DNA of 64,000 nucleotides from an uncultured Candidatus Saccharibacteria bacterium (GCA_964390265.1 CAYMHI010000002.1:4254-68253), one strand, 5' to 3'. Shown: positions 30,315 to 39,837, numbered from the stretch's first letter. Notes: generated from the letters alone by a model not told the origin. Program-made: numbers and translations.

Positions 30315-31340
30315 TTAGTCTTCTAAGCTAGAGTCGGCACTCAGTGCACTAGGCTCTATAAACATATCGTTTTGAGCCATTTGTAGCGCGATAGAACCTA
30401 TCATGGCAGCGTTGTCGGTACAAAGTACTGGTGGTACAAAAATTGCCTCAGGCAATACCTTGTGCATCTCAGTGCGTAGTAAGTTATTGCAGGCCACGCC
30501 TCCACCCACCACAATGCTTGCGGGTTGCAATCGTGCATTGGCCTTGAGGGTGTTTTTTACCAAAGCCGTCACCACTGCTTTTTGAAAACTGGCTGCAATA
30601 TCGGCCACAACTTGGTTAGGTAATTCATAAGTCTTCTTGGCTTGTATATTTGCAGGATTGTGACCGGTGATTTGCTGTACTTGTCTTAAAACAGCAGTTT
30701 TAAGACCCGAAAAACTAAAGTCTAAGCTATCTTTACCCAATTGAGCAATAGGAAACTTAAATTTGTCTGGGTCGCCATGTTCGGCAGCTTTTGAAATAGC
30801 TGGACCGCCTGGATAAGGGAGGCCAATTAGTTTAGCTACCTTGTCAAAGGCTTCTCCAGCTGCATCATCTAGTGTTTCGCCTAATATTTCGCGAGTTAAA
30901 TCTGCTTTGTAAAGCGAAAGAGTAGTGTGACCACCCGATACTGTCAGTGCCAAAAAGGGGAACAGTGGCTTGTTGTCGGTGAGGTAAGCGGCAAAGCCGT
31001 GTGCCCAAATGTGATTAACGCCAATTAAGGGTTTGTTTTTAGTAATAGCCAAGGTCTTGGCGGTGAGCACGCCAATCAGTAGCGAACCAATAAGGCCCGG
31101 CCCCTTAGTGACGGCAATGGCATCGATACTATCCCAACTAGATTTTGCTTGCGTCAAAGCCTGCTCTATTACTGGAATCATCACTTCTATATGGCTTCGG
31201 GCGGCAACTTCTGGTACTACACCGCCATACTGAGCATGAATATCTATCTGGCTAGAGATAATGTTGCTCAAAATATTGCCGTCTTCTACAACGGCAGCAG
31301 CAGTTTCGTCACAACTAGTTTCTATGGCCAGTATCTTCAT
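30315..31340 (-). CDS. tsaD: tRNA t6A synthase TsaD
   Basis: ILAIETSCDET, GGVVPEVAARSH, VSGGHT, DDAAGEAFDK, TDNAAMI. Confidence 0.98.
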   Translation of the reverse strand: MKILAIETSCDETAAAVVEDGNILSNIISSQIDIHAQYGGVVPEVAARSHIEVMIPVIEQALTQAKSSWDSIDAIAVTKGPGLIGSLLIGVLTAKTLAITKNKPLIGVNHIWAHGFAAYLTDNKPLFPFLALTVSGGHTTLSLYKADLTREILGETLDDAAGEAFDKVAKLIGLPYPGGPAISKAAEHGDPDKFKFPIAQLGKDSLDFSFSGLKTAVLRQVQQITGHNPANIQAKKTYELPNQVVADIAASFQKAVVTALVKNTLKANARLQPASIVVGGGVACNNLLRTEMHKVLPEAIFVPPVLCTDNAAMIGSIALQMAQNDMFIEPSALSADSSLED

Positions 31341-31404
31341 AATTTATATCAAGTATATTACCATATATAATTAAAATCCCCTTTAGAATAAAAGGGGATA
31401 ATAG

Positions 31405-31710
31405 TTATCGAGCTTCATCGGGTAAGCGACGGCCACTGGAATCGACACAATGGACAGAACTTGGGTCAAGGGTCTCGTAATGATTAGTGCTATACGAGCT
31501 TCCTTCGCAATGATTGCCATCATCGGTAGTATAGGCAAAATGATAATCCGACCTTATACCATCGGGTGCTCGATCGGTGTTGGTAATGGTAATGTTGTAT
31601 TTCGCTTCGAGCTGGGTACGTACACGTTCTTGTTCGCTGGCGCTTGCACCGCACCCCAAGAGTGTTAGTGCTGTCAAAGCAGTAATAATCAAAAACACTG
31701 CTCGTTTCAT
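31405..31710 (-). CDS. Putative lipoprotein
   Basis: Signal peptide with LLGC lipobox. Confidence 0.6.
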   Translation of the reverse strand: MKRAVFLIITALTALTLLGCGASASEQERVRTQLEAKYNITITNTDRAPDGIRSDYHFAYTTDDGNHCEGSSYSTNHYETLDPSSVHCVDSSGRRLPDEAR

Positions 31711-31808
31711 CTTGTCTCATTTCTCTTGTAGGAACAATTGTTGCTGTATTATACGTTTTAATAATGCTGTTGTCAATGTGTGTAAACTAGTATATAGTTG
31801 AATATCTA

Positions 31809-32642
31809 ATGAAAATAGCCATACAGGGCCTTGAGGGCTCATACCACGATATTGCTCGCAAAGAATATTTTACTAACAATCAAGAAGTAGTGCATTGCGA
31901 TACTTTCAAAGAAGTCTTTGAAACAATAAAAAACGAATCTGCAGACTATGGCTTAGTAGCCATAGAGAATTCTTTGTATGGATCTATAAATGATGTCTAC
32001 GATTTACTGCTCAAGTATGAATTTTGGATAAGCGGTGAAATTTATTTAAGAATTAATCATTGCTTACTGGGCACAAAAGACGCCAAACTATCAGATATTA
32101 AACAAATTCATTCCCAGCTACCAGCTTTAGCTCAGTGCGAAGACTATTTAGATGCGTATTTGCCTCACGCCGAGCGAGTAGAAGAACACGATACCGCAGC
32201 AAGCGCAAAATTGGTGGCAAAACTTAATGATGCCACCAAAGCCGCAATAGCTAGCAAAGCTTCTGTAGAAATTTACAACCTAAAGGCTCTGGCTGAAAAT
32301 ATCGAGTCTAATAAACAAAACTATACTCGCTTTATTATCTTTAGTAAGAAAAAAGTAGAGTCACAAAGGGCTAATAAATCTTCACTTATTGTCCGTACAT
32401 CTCAAGATATTAAAGCTGGTTCTTTGTATAACGCTCTTGGTGTATTTGCCAACAGGGGCATTAATCTTACCAAAATAGAGAGCCGACCGGTCGTTGGCCG
32501 AGCCTGGCATTATATGTTTTATTTAGATTTTGAGATGAGTTGTGATAGCGAAGAGGGTAGATCAGCCTTGGCCGAACTTGATTCTCTAGGGGCCAAAGCG
32601 GTAGTACTAGGAAGCTATACCAAGGGTAAAATAATAGAATAA
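31809..32642 (+). CDS. pheA: Prephenate dehydratase (PDT + ACT)
   Basis: IENSLYG, ALAQC, NYTRF, INLTKIESRP. Confidence 0.93.
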   Translation: MKIAIQGLEGSYHDIARKEYFTNNQEVVHCDTFKEVFETIKNESADYGLVAIENSLYGSINDVYDLLLKYEFWISGEIYLRINHCLLGTKDAKLSDIKQIHSQLPALAQCEDYLDAYLPHAERVEEHDTAASAKLVAKLNDATKAAIASKASVEIYNLKALAENIESNKQNYTRFIIFSKKKVESQRANKSSLIVRTSQDIKAGSLYNALGVFANRGINLTKIESRPVVGRAWHYMFYLDFEMSCDSEEGRSALAELDSLGAKAVVLGSYTKGKIIE

Positions 32643-32682
32643 TAAAGAAATCCCCCAGATACAAATGTACCTGGGGGCAGTG

Positions 32683-32755
32683 TGGGCCTGGAGGGGATCG
32701 AACCCTCAACCGAGCGATTATGAGTCGCCTGCTCTAACCATTGAGCTACAGGCCC
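32683..32755 (-). tRNA. tRNA-Ile2(CAU), no encoded CCA
   Basis: Anticodon arm GGCGA-CTCATAA-TCGCT is typical of lysidine-modified Ile2 rather than Met. Confidence 0.85.
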
Positions 32756-32759
32756 TACG

Positions 32760-32834
32760 TGTCCGAAGAGAGATTTGAACTCTCGACCCCTTCCTTGTAA
32801 GGGAAGTGCTCTGACCCAACTGAGCTATTCGGAC
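32760..32834 (-). tRNA. tRNA-Val(UAC), no encoded CCA
   Basis: Anticodon arm CTTCC-CTTACAA-GGAAG. Confidence 0.93.
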
Positions 32835-32839
32835 GGGAG

Positions 32840-32923
32840 TGCCGATGGCGGGACTCGAACCCGCAATCCTCGAGAGGAACCAGGACCTAAACCTGGCGCG
32901 TCTGCCAATTTCGCCACACCGGC
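32840..32923 (-). tRNA. tRNA-Leu(UAG), no encoded CCA
   Basis: Anticodon arm CCAGG-TTTAGGT-CCTGG; variable arm. Confidence 0.93.
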
Positions 32924-32928
32924 TAAAG

Positions 32929-33012
32929 TGCCCGAGGCGGGGCTCGAACCCGCACGGCCCGAAGGCCAGGGGGGTTTAAGCCCCCCGCGTTTGCCAATTA
33001 CGCCACCCGGGC
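32929..33012 (-). tRNA. tRNA-Leu(UAA), no encoded CCA
   Basis: Anticodon arm GGGGG-CTTAAAC-CCCCC; variable arm. Confidence 0.93.
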
Positions 33013-33151
33013 TGGGGTTACTTGACGATTACCTCGCTAGCGGGAAAAGCCTCATGTCTGCCGTAGGTGCTAAGTCGATAGCTATAATAGCAAAATAAAG
33101 TACTTTTGTCAATATTTTATACTTACTGCCTTGGCCTGCTACAATAGGAGT

Positions 33152-34105
33152 ATGAATTTGCCAGAAAATTGGAATAAGACAATACAATCGCGGGGTGGGC
33201 ACGTGCTGCAATCGGCTGAGTGGGCCAACTTTCAAGGCCTAATTGGCAGAGTGCCGTATTATGCTATTGACCAAGATTGGTACTGGATAGCTTACAATCA
33301 GCAAAAAACCGGCTTGCACTACTTGCTTGCTACCTACAACCCGGTGATTGAGCGTGAAGTCGCCAATGCTCTTGAATCGTTGAGGGTAAAAGCAGAGGAT
33401 TTAAATTGTGATTTTGTACGCGTAGAGCCAACCGGTAATGTTACTCCAGAAGACCTAGAGAAATTTGGGGCTACCAAGATCGCCGATGCCGAACCATCTA
33501 CAACCTTAATACTAGATCTTACCAAGTCGTTAGACGAACTAAGAACGGGGTTGGGCAAAACTCATCGCAATAAAATAAATACCACGGCCAAACGCGGCAT
33601 AGAAGTAGAGAAGACCACCAGTCTCAATACGACCAAGTCATTTTTACGGTTAATGCACGACACCGACCGTCGCGCCAAGATCAAAAACCACCCCGACTGG
33701 TACTTTGAAAAAATGGCCCATTCACTTATAGAGCAAGGCGCAGCCAGCTATTACGTTGCTACTGTAGAAGATACACCGGCCAGCATATCGCTAATATACG
33801 ACTGGGGCGACACTCGCTACTATGCCTATACAGGCAACGATCAAGTACTAAATAGGCAATACAACGCCGGGATAAGCAATCTATGGCAAATGATTGTAGA
33901 TGCCAAGGCTGATGGTAGAAAATATTTTGATTTTTGGGGAATAGCACCCGAAGGTGCAGTCAATCATCCATGGGCAGGACTGACTGAATACAAGAAGTCG
34001 TTTGGTGGCGAAATAGTAAGCAATATTGGCACTTACGATATAGTAATAAACAAATCAAAATATGCTATGTATAATGCCTATCGCAAACTGAAGGGTCGCA
34101 AATGA
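33152..34105 (+). CDS. FemABX/MurM family peptidoglycan bridge peptidyltransferase
   Basis: HVLQSAEWA, LDL, YFDFWG, GLTEYKKSFGG. Confidence 0.9.
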   Translation: MNLPENWNKTIQSRGGHVLQSAEWANFQGLIGRVPYYAIDQDWYWIAYNQQKTGLHYLLATYNPVIEREVANALESLRVKAEDLNCDFVRVEPTGNVTPEDLEKFGATKIADAEPSTTLILDLTKSLDELRTGLGKTHRNKINTTAKRGIEVEKTTSLNTTKSFLRLMHDTDRRAKIKNHPDWYFEKMAHSLIEQGAASYYVATVEDTPASISLIYDWGDTRYYAYTGNDQVLNRQYNAGISNLWQMIVDAKADGRKYFDFWGIAPEGAVNHPWAGLTEYKKSFGGEIVSNIGTYDIVINKSKYAMYNAYRKLKGRK

Positions 34106-35172
34106 TACGCCAAGCCACCTCAGACGAAATTGCTACCTGGGATAAGCTTGTAGAGCAAAACCCCGACGGTGGGCATATACTGCAATCATACGAATGGAGT
34201 AAATTCAAAAAATCGTCTGGTTGGGAGCCCAACTTTTTGGTATATGAACAGCCGGGTTTTTTACTATATTTTTGTTTGGCGGTAAAACCAGCTAGCTTTT
34301 TGGGTAATATATATTACTGCGCCAAAGGCCCCGGATTTTTTAAAAACTTCAAAGCCAGCGATGAGTCGAGAGCGCACCTCAAAGACTTTATTGGTGAGAT
34401 AAAAACATATGTAGAACGCCTAGACAGCAAGGCAATATTGGTAAAAATTGAACCTGAGATATTAGAGAGCGAAATTGACCTTAATAATCTTGGTTTGCAA
34501 AAAAGCCGTGCCGACTTGCAGCAAAAAGCTACAATATTTGTTGATATTGAGCCACCTGAGGATGAGATACTTGCTGCTTTTAAGCAAAAAACTCGCTACA
34601 ATATTCGATTAAGTGAGCGCAAGGGAGTAGTAATAGAGCAGCGCGATATGAGCGATGCCAACGTAGATATTATGTACGATCTAATAGTTGCCACTCAAGC
34701 TCGCGCAGGGTTTTCGCTACGTAAAAAAGATTACTTTGCCGGGTACTGGCAGGGTTTGGCCAGAGTTGGTATGGGGCAGCTTTTTGTGGCCACTCACGAA
34801 GGCGAGGTATTGGCTGGGGTGTACGCCACGCTGTTTGCAAACAAGGCTTACTACAAAGACGGCGGGTCTTTTCCAATTAAGCGCAACTTAATGGCTCCAT
34901 ACTTAATTCAGTGGGAGGTAATGCGTTGGGCCAAAGCTAAGGGTGCAACCAGCTACGACCTTATTGGTTCGCCGCCCAAAGATCAGCTCGATAATCCCAA
35001 CCACCCTCAAGCCGGACTCTACCAGTTTAAACGCGGCTTTAACGAAGAGGTAACTGAGTTTACTGGTTGCTGGGATCTGCCCATTTACCCCAAAAAGTTC
35101 AGTATTTTCAAAAGCCAAGAACGGCAGTTTCTCAAGCTCTACAATAAGATGACCAAGAAGATATTTTGGTAG
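34102..35172 (+). CDS. FemABX/MurM family peptidoglycan bridge peptidyltransferase
   Basis: HILQSYEW, KTRYNIR, YLIQWE, GLYQFKRGF. Confidence 0.92.
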   Translation: MIRQATSDEIATWDKLVEQNPDGGHILQSYEWSKFKKSSGWEPNFLVYEQPGFLLYFCLAVKPASFLGNIYYCAKGPGFFKNFKASDESRAHLKDFIGEIKTYVERLDSKAILVKIEPEILESEIDLNNLGLQKSRADLQQKATIFVDIEPPEDEILAAFKQKTRYNIRLSERKGVVIEQRDMSDANVDIMYDLIVATQARAGFSLRKKDYFAGYWQGLARVGMGQLFVATHEGEVLAGVYATLFANKAYYKDGGSFPIKRNLMAPYLIQWEVMRWAKAKGATSYDLIGSPPKDQLDNPNHPQAGLYQFKRGFNEEVTEFTGCWDLPIYPKKFSIFKSQERQFLKLYNKMTKKIFW

Positions 35173-35176
35173 TTAT

Positions 35177-36550
35177 TTATTGATGATTACGGTAAGGGTA
35201 TTGATTATAGCGGTTATTCTTACCTTGAATCCCAGCCAGCATATCATCTAGTTCTTTAAACACATTTTCGGCATGTTTGGGGCCATGATTTTTACGCATT
35301 GCATACTGATCACGGGCGATTTGCTTGGTAACATTATGGTAAAACACATATCGCCACAAGTCTTCTTCGTCGCTTGCAAATAAGTATGTAGCATCGTCTT
35401 CGGCGTGGGTTATCTCGCCACTAAGCCCGTTTTTTACTTGCAATTCCTCGGGTCGCTCTAGTATTGCTGTCTCAACTATTCTATCTGAGCCAGGACGTCT
35501 GAGCCTAATAATTAGCGCAAGATAAGGTATAGGGCTGGGCCCATCATCTAGGGTGGTACGATATATCTCGGTACTGACTACATTGCTGTTTTCTGCACAG
35601 GCATCTATTATTTCTTGCAAAAATCGTAATCTGTCAGGGGCTATATTGTATTCTATGCTACTAACTCTCTCGCCACGGCTTTGTTGTCGAGCAGCAAGCG
35701 ACTCTATTGGCGGGATATCTTTTCCGCCGTACGGCAAGCTGTCTATCCAGTCAAAAAAAGCTCGTCTCTGCTGTTCTCCTGATAGTTTTAATATTTCATT
35801 AATATCTAAAGGTGGTGGTTCTGGCTCGTTTTCTGCACCTCGTGCATTGGCGTTGACTTCTTCGGTCTGTACGCCAAGCAGTTTCTCAAGCTGCAGCTTG
35901 GCAAATCGAGCAACCTTTTCTCGCTCTGGGCTGAGCATCTCTTTTGATTTCGGCAAATGCATTAAGTCTTTGAGGCCATTAATACATAGTCTAAAAACGT
36001 GATCGTCGGCTTGCTCATACGAGTGGTGAGCAATATTGCTCAATCGCTCAACACTATATGGACCACTATTTTCTCTTGCTCTACTTTCAATTTGTGAGTC
36101 ACTACCATAACCTAGTTTGTAATTCGGCCTACTGGTGTAATCACTCAGATTATGCTCGAGAGACTGTGCTACCACACCCAATATATATACTCGCTCTAGC
36201 TGGTTAAAGCCCAGGTGGGGCAGCGAGTGAATAAACTTGGGGTCGTGAACAACCCGGCCAAAGTCAATATTGTGCTCATCTAACACTGCTTTTACATGAC
36301 TAGCAATTTGAGCCGTCTCAGTTTCATTTACACCAACTTCTTCGGGCCTAAGAGCGTACTCGGTTTTAACGCTCTCGTAAATAGGCACACCACCCAAATG
36401 CTGGGGCAGATTACTTTCTTCTATTCTGCGCTTTCGTTCCAAGTCGCCAAAAACCCTACCTAGCCCCGGCATATCGCCTAGTCTCATAGTGTCGTCGTGC
36501 TCGCCTTCTCCAAATAGAGGTTGGTAGCTATCTCTATCTCTAAAATCCAT
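35177..36550 (-). CDS. Hypothetical protein
   Basis: 457-aa ORF; no motif recognised. Confidence 0.75.
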   Translation of the reverse strand: MDFRDRDSYQPLFGEGEHDDTMRLGDMPGLGRVFGDLERKRRIEESNLPQHLGGVPIYESVKTEYALRPEEVGVNETETAQIASHVKAVLDEHNIDFGRVVHDPKFIHSLPHLGFNQLERVYILGVVAQSLEHNLSDYTSRPNYKLGYGSDSQIESRARENSGPYSVERLSNIAHHSYEQADDHVFRLCINGLKDLMHLPKSKEMLSPEREKVARFAKLQLEKLLGVQTEEVNANARGAENEPEPPPLDINEILKLSGEQQRRAFFDWIDSLPYGGKDIPPIESLAARQQSRGERVSSIEYNIAPDRLRFLQEIIDACAENSNVVSTEIYRTTLDDGPSPIPYLALIIRLRRPGSDRIVETAILERPEELQVKNGLSGEITHAEDDATYLFASDEEDLWRYVFYHNVTKQIARDQYAMRKNHGPKHAENVFKELDDMLAGIQGKNNRYNQYPYRNHQ

Positions 36551-36622
36551 ATTAGTATTTTAGCATAAGAGTAATTGTTAATGATAAACAAAAACCCCAA
36601 ATTTGTTTAAAACTTGGGGATG

Positions 36623-36955
36623 TTAGTTTGCGCTTTGCAAACTACTCGCATAGGTGCGGCACAAAACACAATTTGCGTTATGAGTAGTAACACAGTTTGC
36701 GGTAGACTGAGCGTGTTGACGGGCGTTGTCTATGAGTATTCTGTTGAGCAGACAGTGCGTTTGTGCAAACTCTACATCGTCACTCACGGGTAGAGGGGCA
36801 GCTAGAGTTTCGTCTAGAGGGTCTACCCACAACTCGCCTTCACCAGCGCTATTTAGCCGGGGCACAACTTTGTATAGGCTATGCAGTCTGGCTAGGAAAT
36901 CGTCATATTGTGGCCGGGTTGGCATGGTTCTCCTCACATGGGTTGTTGGGTGCAT
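36623..36955 (-). CDS. Hypothetical protein
   Basis: ORF followed by terminator-like hairpin; start uncertain (GAGGAG before the second ATG). Confidence 0.45.
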   Translation of the reverse strand: MHPTTHVRRTMPTRPQYDDFLARLHSLYKVVPRLNSAGEGELWVDPLDETLAAPLPVSDDVEFAQTHCLLNRILIDNARQHAQSTANCVTTHNANCVLCRTYASSLQSAN

Positions 36956-37028
36956 TTGACGTCAATATTTTACAACACAACGCTACTTATTACAAGTAAA
37001 ATGCTCTAGATATCTCTAGAGCAAAATA

Positions 37029-37574
37029 TTACAAAAGGTCTGGTATCCCGTGGCGAGCCAAGCTACTGTTCTTGTACCCATGGTAATAACTTACATCGCG
37101 TGCAACACCAAGCCATTCTGGCAACTCAAAGTTAAATATTTCTGGCCGAATGTCTTGCAGCCAGCTTAGTAGCGAGGCCTCATCAAGGGTGTCGTCGGTA
37201 GTGAGTTCTACTAGCCACTCGGCCTCAATAGTAACAAGTCCCCCTAGGTTGTCGTGGTAGCAATCTAGCTCAAGTTTAACGCCATCTGGGCTAGTAAATG
37301 TCCATCGGGTTTTTCTAAGCCCACAAACCGATATTGCGGCTAGCTCATCGTAGAGCCATTCTGGAATAGACGTTTCAGCCTCTGCTCTGGCAACATCACC
37401 ATCTGATTTTTTGGTTGCAGTGTAGTTACCACTGGCATTACGAATACGAAATCCGCCGTTTTGGGTGTCTATATATCGTTGTTCAATTTCTTGAGTGATG
37501 GCATTGTGTATTTGGCTAAAGCCAGTAAAACCTGGTAATACCCACTTTCGTTCTACCTCTATAGTCTGTGGCAA
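37029..37574 (-). CDS. CYTH (triphosphate tunnel) domain protein
   Basis: IEVERKW ExExK motif, FRIR, RKTRW, LELDCY, TIEAE, YKNSSLA. Confidence 0.88.
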   Translation of the reverse strand: MPQTIEVERKWVLPGFTGFSQIHNAITQEIEQRYIDTQNGGFRIRNASGNYTATKKSDGDVARAEAETSIPEWLYDELAAISVCGLRKTRWTFTSPDGVKLELDCYHDNLGGLVTIEAEWLVELTTDDTLDEASLLSWLQDIRPEIFNFELPEWLGVARDVSYYHGYKNSSLARHGIPDLL

Positions 37575-37690
37575 GGTGTCTCCTTAAGGTGCGGTTGGCC
37601 GACCATAGGTTAGCACGCACAGGTGTTGGCGTCTAGTCAAAACGTATTGACCAAATGAAAAAGCCTCAGAATCTCTCCTGGGGCTATGTA

Positions 37691-38248
37691 TTATTTATCA
37701 AACATCTGCCGGGCAATCCCTCCTTGTTCAAGTGCATCGTCGTCAGCTCGGTGTGTGTGGGGCGTATCTACTGGGTAGTGCTTGAGCATCTCTTTGCGTC
37801 CAGTCTTGGCAAATAGCGCTATGCCGTGCTTGCCCATGAAGTAACTCTTGAGCTCGATTGCGGTAAAGCCCACAAATCGACGATCCAAGAAGTGTACGCT
37901 GTACCAGTCTACATACATCATGTCCCAAGTGGAGAGGATGACTAAAACGGCCCTAGACTTGTGGTATTTGGCGAGCATTATATTAACCCATTGTTCAAAT
38001 TTTTCCATCGCCTCTTTTGCCGGTACGCCAGTTATTTTGAGGGCTTCTCTATCTATCCCACTAACGGCGAGCGCCTCAGGGTCGTACTTGTCAGAAATGG
38101 GTTGAAACTCAATGTAGAAAGTTTCTTCTGGGTAGTCGATAAGACTGGCACCAAGAGATAGTAGGGAGTAATCTCCCGGAATAGGGCCATCGGCCTCGAG
38201 ATCTAGCGATATTAGTAGTTCATTGTTCATATCTATATTGTCTTTCAA
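37691..38248 (-). CDS. DEDDh 3'-5' exonuclease (RNase AS-like)
   Basis: SLDLEADGP ExoI; HTHRADDDALEQ ExoIII. Confidence 0.85.
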   Translation of the reverse strand: MKDNIDMNNELLISLDLEADGPIPGDYSLLSLGASLIDYPEETFYIEFQPISDKYDPEALAVSGIDREALKITGVPAKEAMEKFEQWVNIMLAKYHKSRAVLVILSTWDMMYVDWYSVHFLDRRFVGFTAIELKSYFMGKHGIALFAKTGRKEMLKHYPVDTPHTHRADDDALEQGGIARQMFDK

Positions 38249-38264
38249 TTGTTGTCCTTTCTCA

Positions 38265-38356
38265 AGGTGCCTCCGAGAGTATTTCTCTCAGCCAAGAAAT
38301 TCAATATCATTGAACATCTTGGTAGAGCCCCAATCCGCACTTTAACAGATTGGGGC
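38265..38356 (-). ncRNA. Intercassette structured motif type 2 (copy c)
   Basis: GC hairpin, short linker, CCAAGA...TCTTGG stem, abutting CTGAGAG-AAATA-CTCTCGG hairpin, then GCACCT. Confidence 0.55.
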
Positions 38357-38364
38357 AAATGAAG

Positions 38365-38607
38365 CTAGCAGCGATCAGCGTGCTTGAAGCAACCACCTAC
38401 GGCAGTGTCGCAACCGCCGGGGCACATTCGGCCAGCAGCTACTTCTTTGGCAATATATGCTTGATTATCTCTTCGTCGTTGTGCTGCTCGGGCGTGATCG
38501 CCTCGAGCTTCAGCAGCCTGCCACTCATAAGCTTCTGCTCTGAGCCTGGCTGCTCTAGCCCTGCCCTCCATTTCGGCAGCTCTGGCCTCTGCTTCGTAAT
38601 CGCGCAT
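38365..38607 (-). CDS. Small orphan protein with C-terminal CxxxC...CxxH...RC
   Basis: AGGAG RBS; leader nearly identical to that of 39153-39341. Confidence 0.7.
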   Translation of the reverse strand: MRDYEAEARAAEMEGRARAARLRAEAYEWQAAEARGDHARAAQRRRDNQAYIAKEVAAGRMCPGGCDTAVGGCFKHADRC

Positions 38608-38621
38608 CTTATCTCCTAGGT

Positions 38622-38730
38622 AGGTACAAATCTGGGTATCTCCCAGCCAAAACCCTCAAAAATGTTAAGTGCTTTGGTTGGCCCTGCACTCAGCTTCGAG
38701 TGCAGGGAAGAGCTTTTGGACATAGCCCTT
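38622..38730 (-). ncRNA. Intercassette structured motif type 2 (copy b)
   Basis: Hairpin, CCAACCAAAGCACTT...GTTTTGG, CTGGG-AGATA-CCCAG, GTACCT; homologous to 39747-39837. Confidence 0.65.
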
Positions 38731-38742
38731 TGGTTTTACTAT

Positions 38743-39039
38743 TCACCAGGGATCATCAGCCTTATCCCAAGCGGGATCATCGGGGTCCATCGAGTCAGAA
38801 CGGTCTCGTGGCTTTCTAGTCACCCTACCTCTCATCTCACTAGATTCTTTAATGCGCATCGCACTTTCGTGGTTATAGACTTCAAACTCTTGATCACATA
38901 CGGGACACTTCGCTATGAAAACGCCATCCGTCGTACTTGTTGTATCGTTTCTTTCGATCTCAAGCTCGCTATGGCATTTTGAACAAATTGAGCGCATGGG
39001 CCATACAAGATGATTGAAGCCTTGCCTAAGTATCTTCAC
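38743..39039 (-). CDS. Small zinc-ribbon protein (CxxC...CPxC), phage-like
   Basis: AAAGGAG RBS, GTG start; CSKC and CPVC. Confidence 0.75.
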   Translation of the reverse strand: MKILRQGFNHLVWPMRSICSKCHSELEIERNDTTSTTDGVFIAKCPVCDQEFEVYNHESAMRIKESSEMRGRVTRKPRDRSDSMDPDDPAWDKADDPW

Positions 39040-39064
39040 TATTCTCCTTTGTGTATGTACGGGT

Positions 39065-39115
39065 CTGATTTCGTCGTTTTCGACTCTTCAGGGCAAGGGC
39101 ACACTTGCCGATCAG
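39065..39115 (-). ncRNA. Type III hammerhead ribozyme (HHR-D)
   Basis: Minus strand CUGAU C GGCAAG-UGUGCC-CUUGCC CUGAAGA GUCG-AAAA-CGAC GAA AUCAG: full core, three stems, AUC site. Confidence 0.92.
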
Positions 39116-39152
39116 GAGAGGTCTTAAAAGGACCTCCCTTAAACCTTCTGGT

Positions 39153-39341
39153 CTAACAGCGACCATAATCGTGGTCGTAACAAAGAGGTAGATTGGGGTA
39201 GCCACTATCAGCAGGGTAGTTACACCCCTTAACTGAGCATTTGCCATTGTGCTTCAGCTCGTGAACACGAGGATCGTAGAGCTCGTGTATGTTCTTTTTA
39301 TCCGATCCTGCTTTGTTGCTTTCGTCGTCGCCCTGCGCCAT
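39153..39341 (-). CDS. Small Cys/His-rich orphan protein
   Basis: AAGGAG RBS; CSVKGC...CYDH...RC. Confidence 0.7.
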   Translation of the reverse strand: MAQGDDESNKAGSDKKNIHELYDPRVHELKHNGKCSVKGCNYPADSGYPNLPLCYDHDYGRC

Positions 39342-39363
39342 CTTATCTCCTTGGTAGGTGCAT

Positions 39364-39419
39364 CTGACTTTCGTCCACCTTTCGGAAGACTCATCAGGGC
39401 CGTCGTTCGGCCGAGTCAG
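39364..39419 (-). ncRNA. Type III hammerhead ribozyme (HHR-C)
   Basis: CUGACU C GGCCG-AACGA-CGGCC CUGAUGA GUCUUCC-GAAA-GGUGGAC GAA AGUCAG; CUC site. Confidence 0.92.
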
Positions 39420-39458
39420 GGGAGGTTTTGGTAGGACCTCCCGGAACCTGTTAAAGGA

Positions 39459-39731
39459 CTATTGCAGCTTCCGAATCACTTCCTCTACAGTAAGTCTCAC
39501 AATCTCTTCTAGTTGGGTTCTAGTAATTACTCTTGTCTCTTTGATCGGTTCTTCGTTCTTTGGCCCAAGCCAGATGTGGTCACGAGTATTGGTGCAGTTT
39601 TTACGCCCAGAAGTGTTGCAGGTACCACACCACGTAGGTGGGTATGAGTAGTCTGGGTCCATGCTCTCACGCACAGTGTACCATCCAGTGCGAACTTGCT
39701 CGGTGTGGGTAACGGTGTGATAGCCTTCCAT
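39459..39731 (-). CDS. Small orphan protein with CxxC...C...H
   Basis: AAAGGAG RBS; WCGTC...NC...DH. Confidence 0.7.
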   Translation of the reverse strand: MEGYHTVTHTEQVRTGWYTVRESMDPDYSYPPTWCGTCNTSGRKNCTNTRDHIWLGPKNEEPIKETRVITRTQLEEIVRLTVEEVIRKLQ

Positions 39732-39746
39732 TTCTCTCCTTTGTCG

Positions 39747-39837
39747 AGGTGCGGCCTGGGAATCTCCCAGCCGAAGCGTTCGTATCTATACAAGTGCTTG
39801 GGTTGGGAGGGAGCCGGAGTTATTTCTCGGCTCCCTC
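39747..39837 (-). ncRNA. Intercassette structured motif type 2 (copy a)
   Basis: Hairpin, CCAACCCAAGCACTT...GCTTCGG, CTGGG-AGATT-CCCAG, GCACCT. Confidence 0.65.

Noticed and set aside
33013-33075. c-di-GMP-like riboswitch in the tRNA operon leader
   Set aside because: Only scattered word matches, in the wrong order and orientation
32775-33098. 107-aa ORF (also the extensions of 57597-58109 and 58062-59519)
   Set aside because: These overlap tRNA genes and are artefacts
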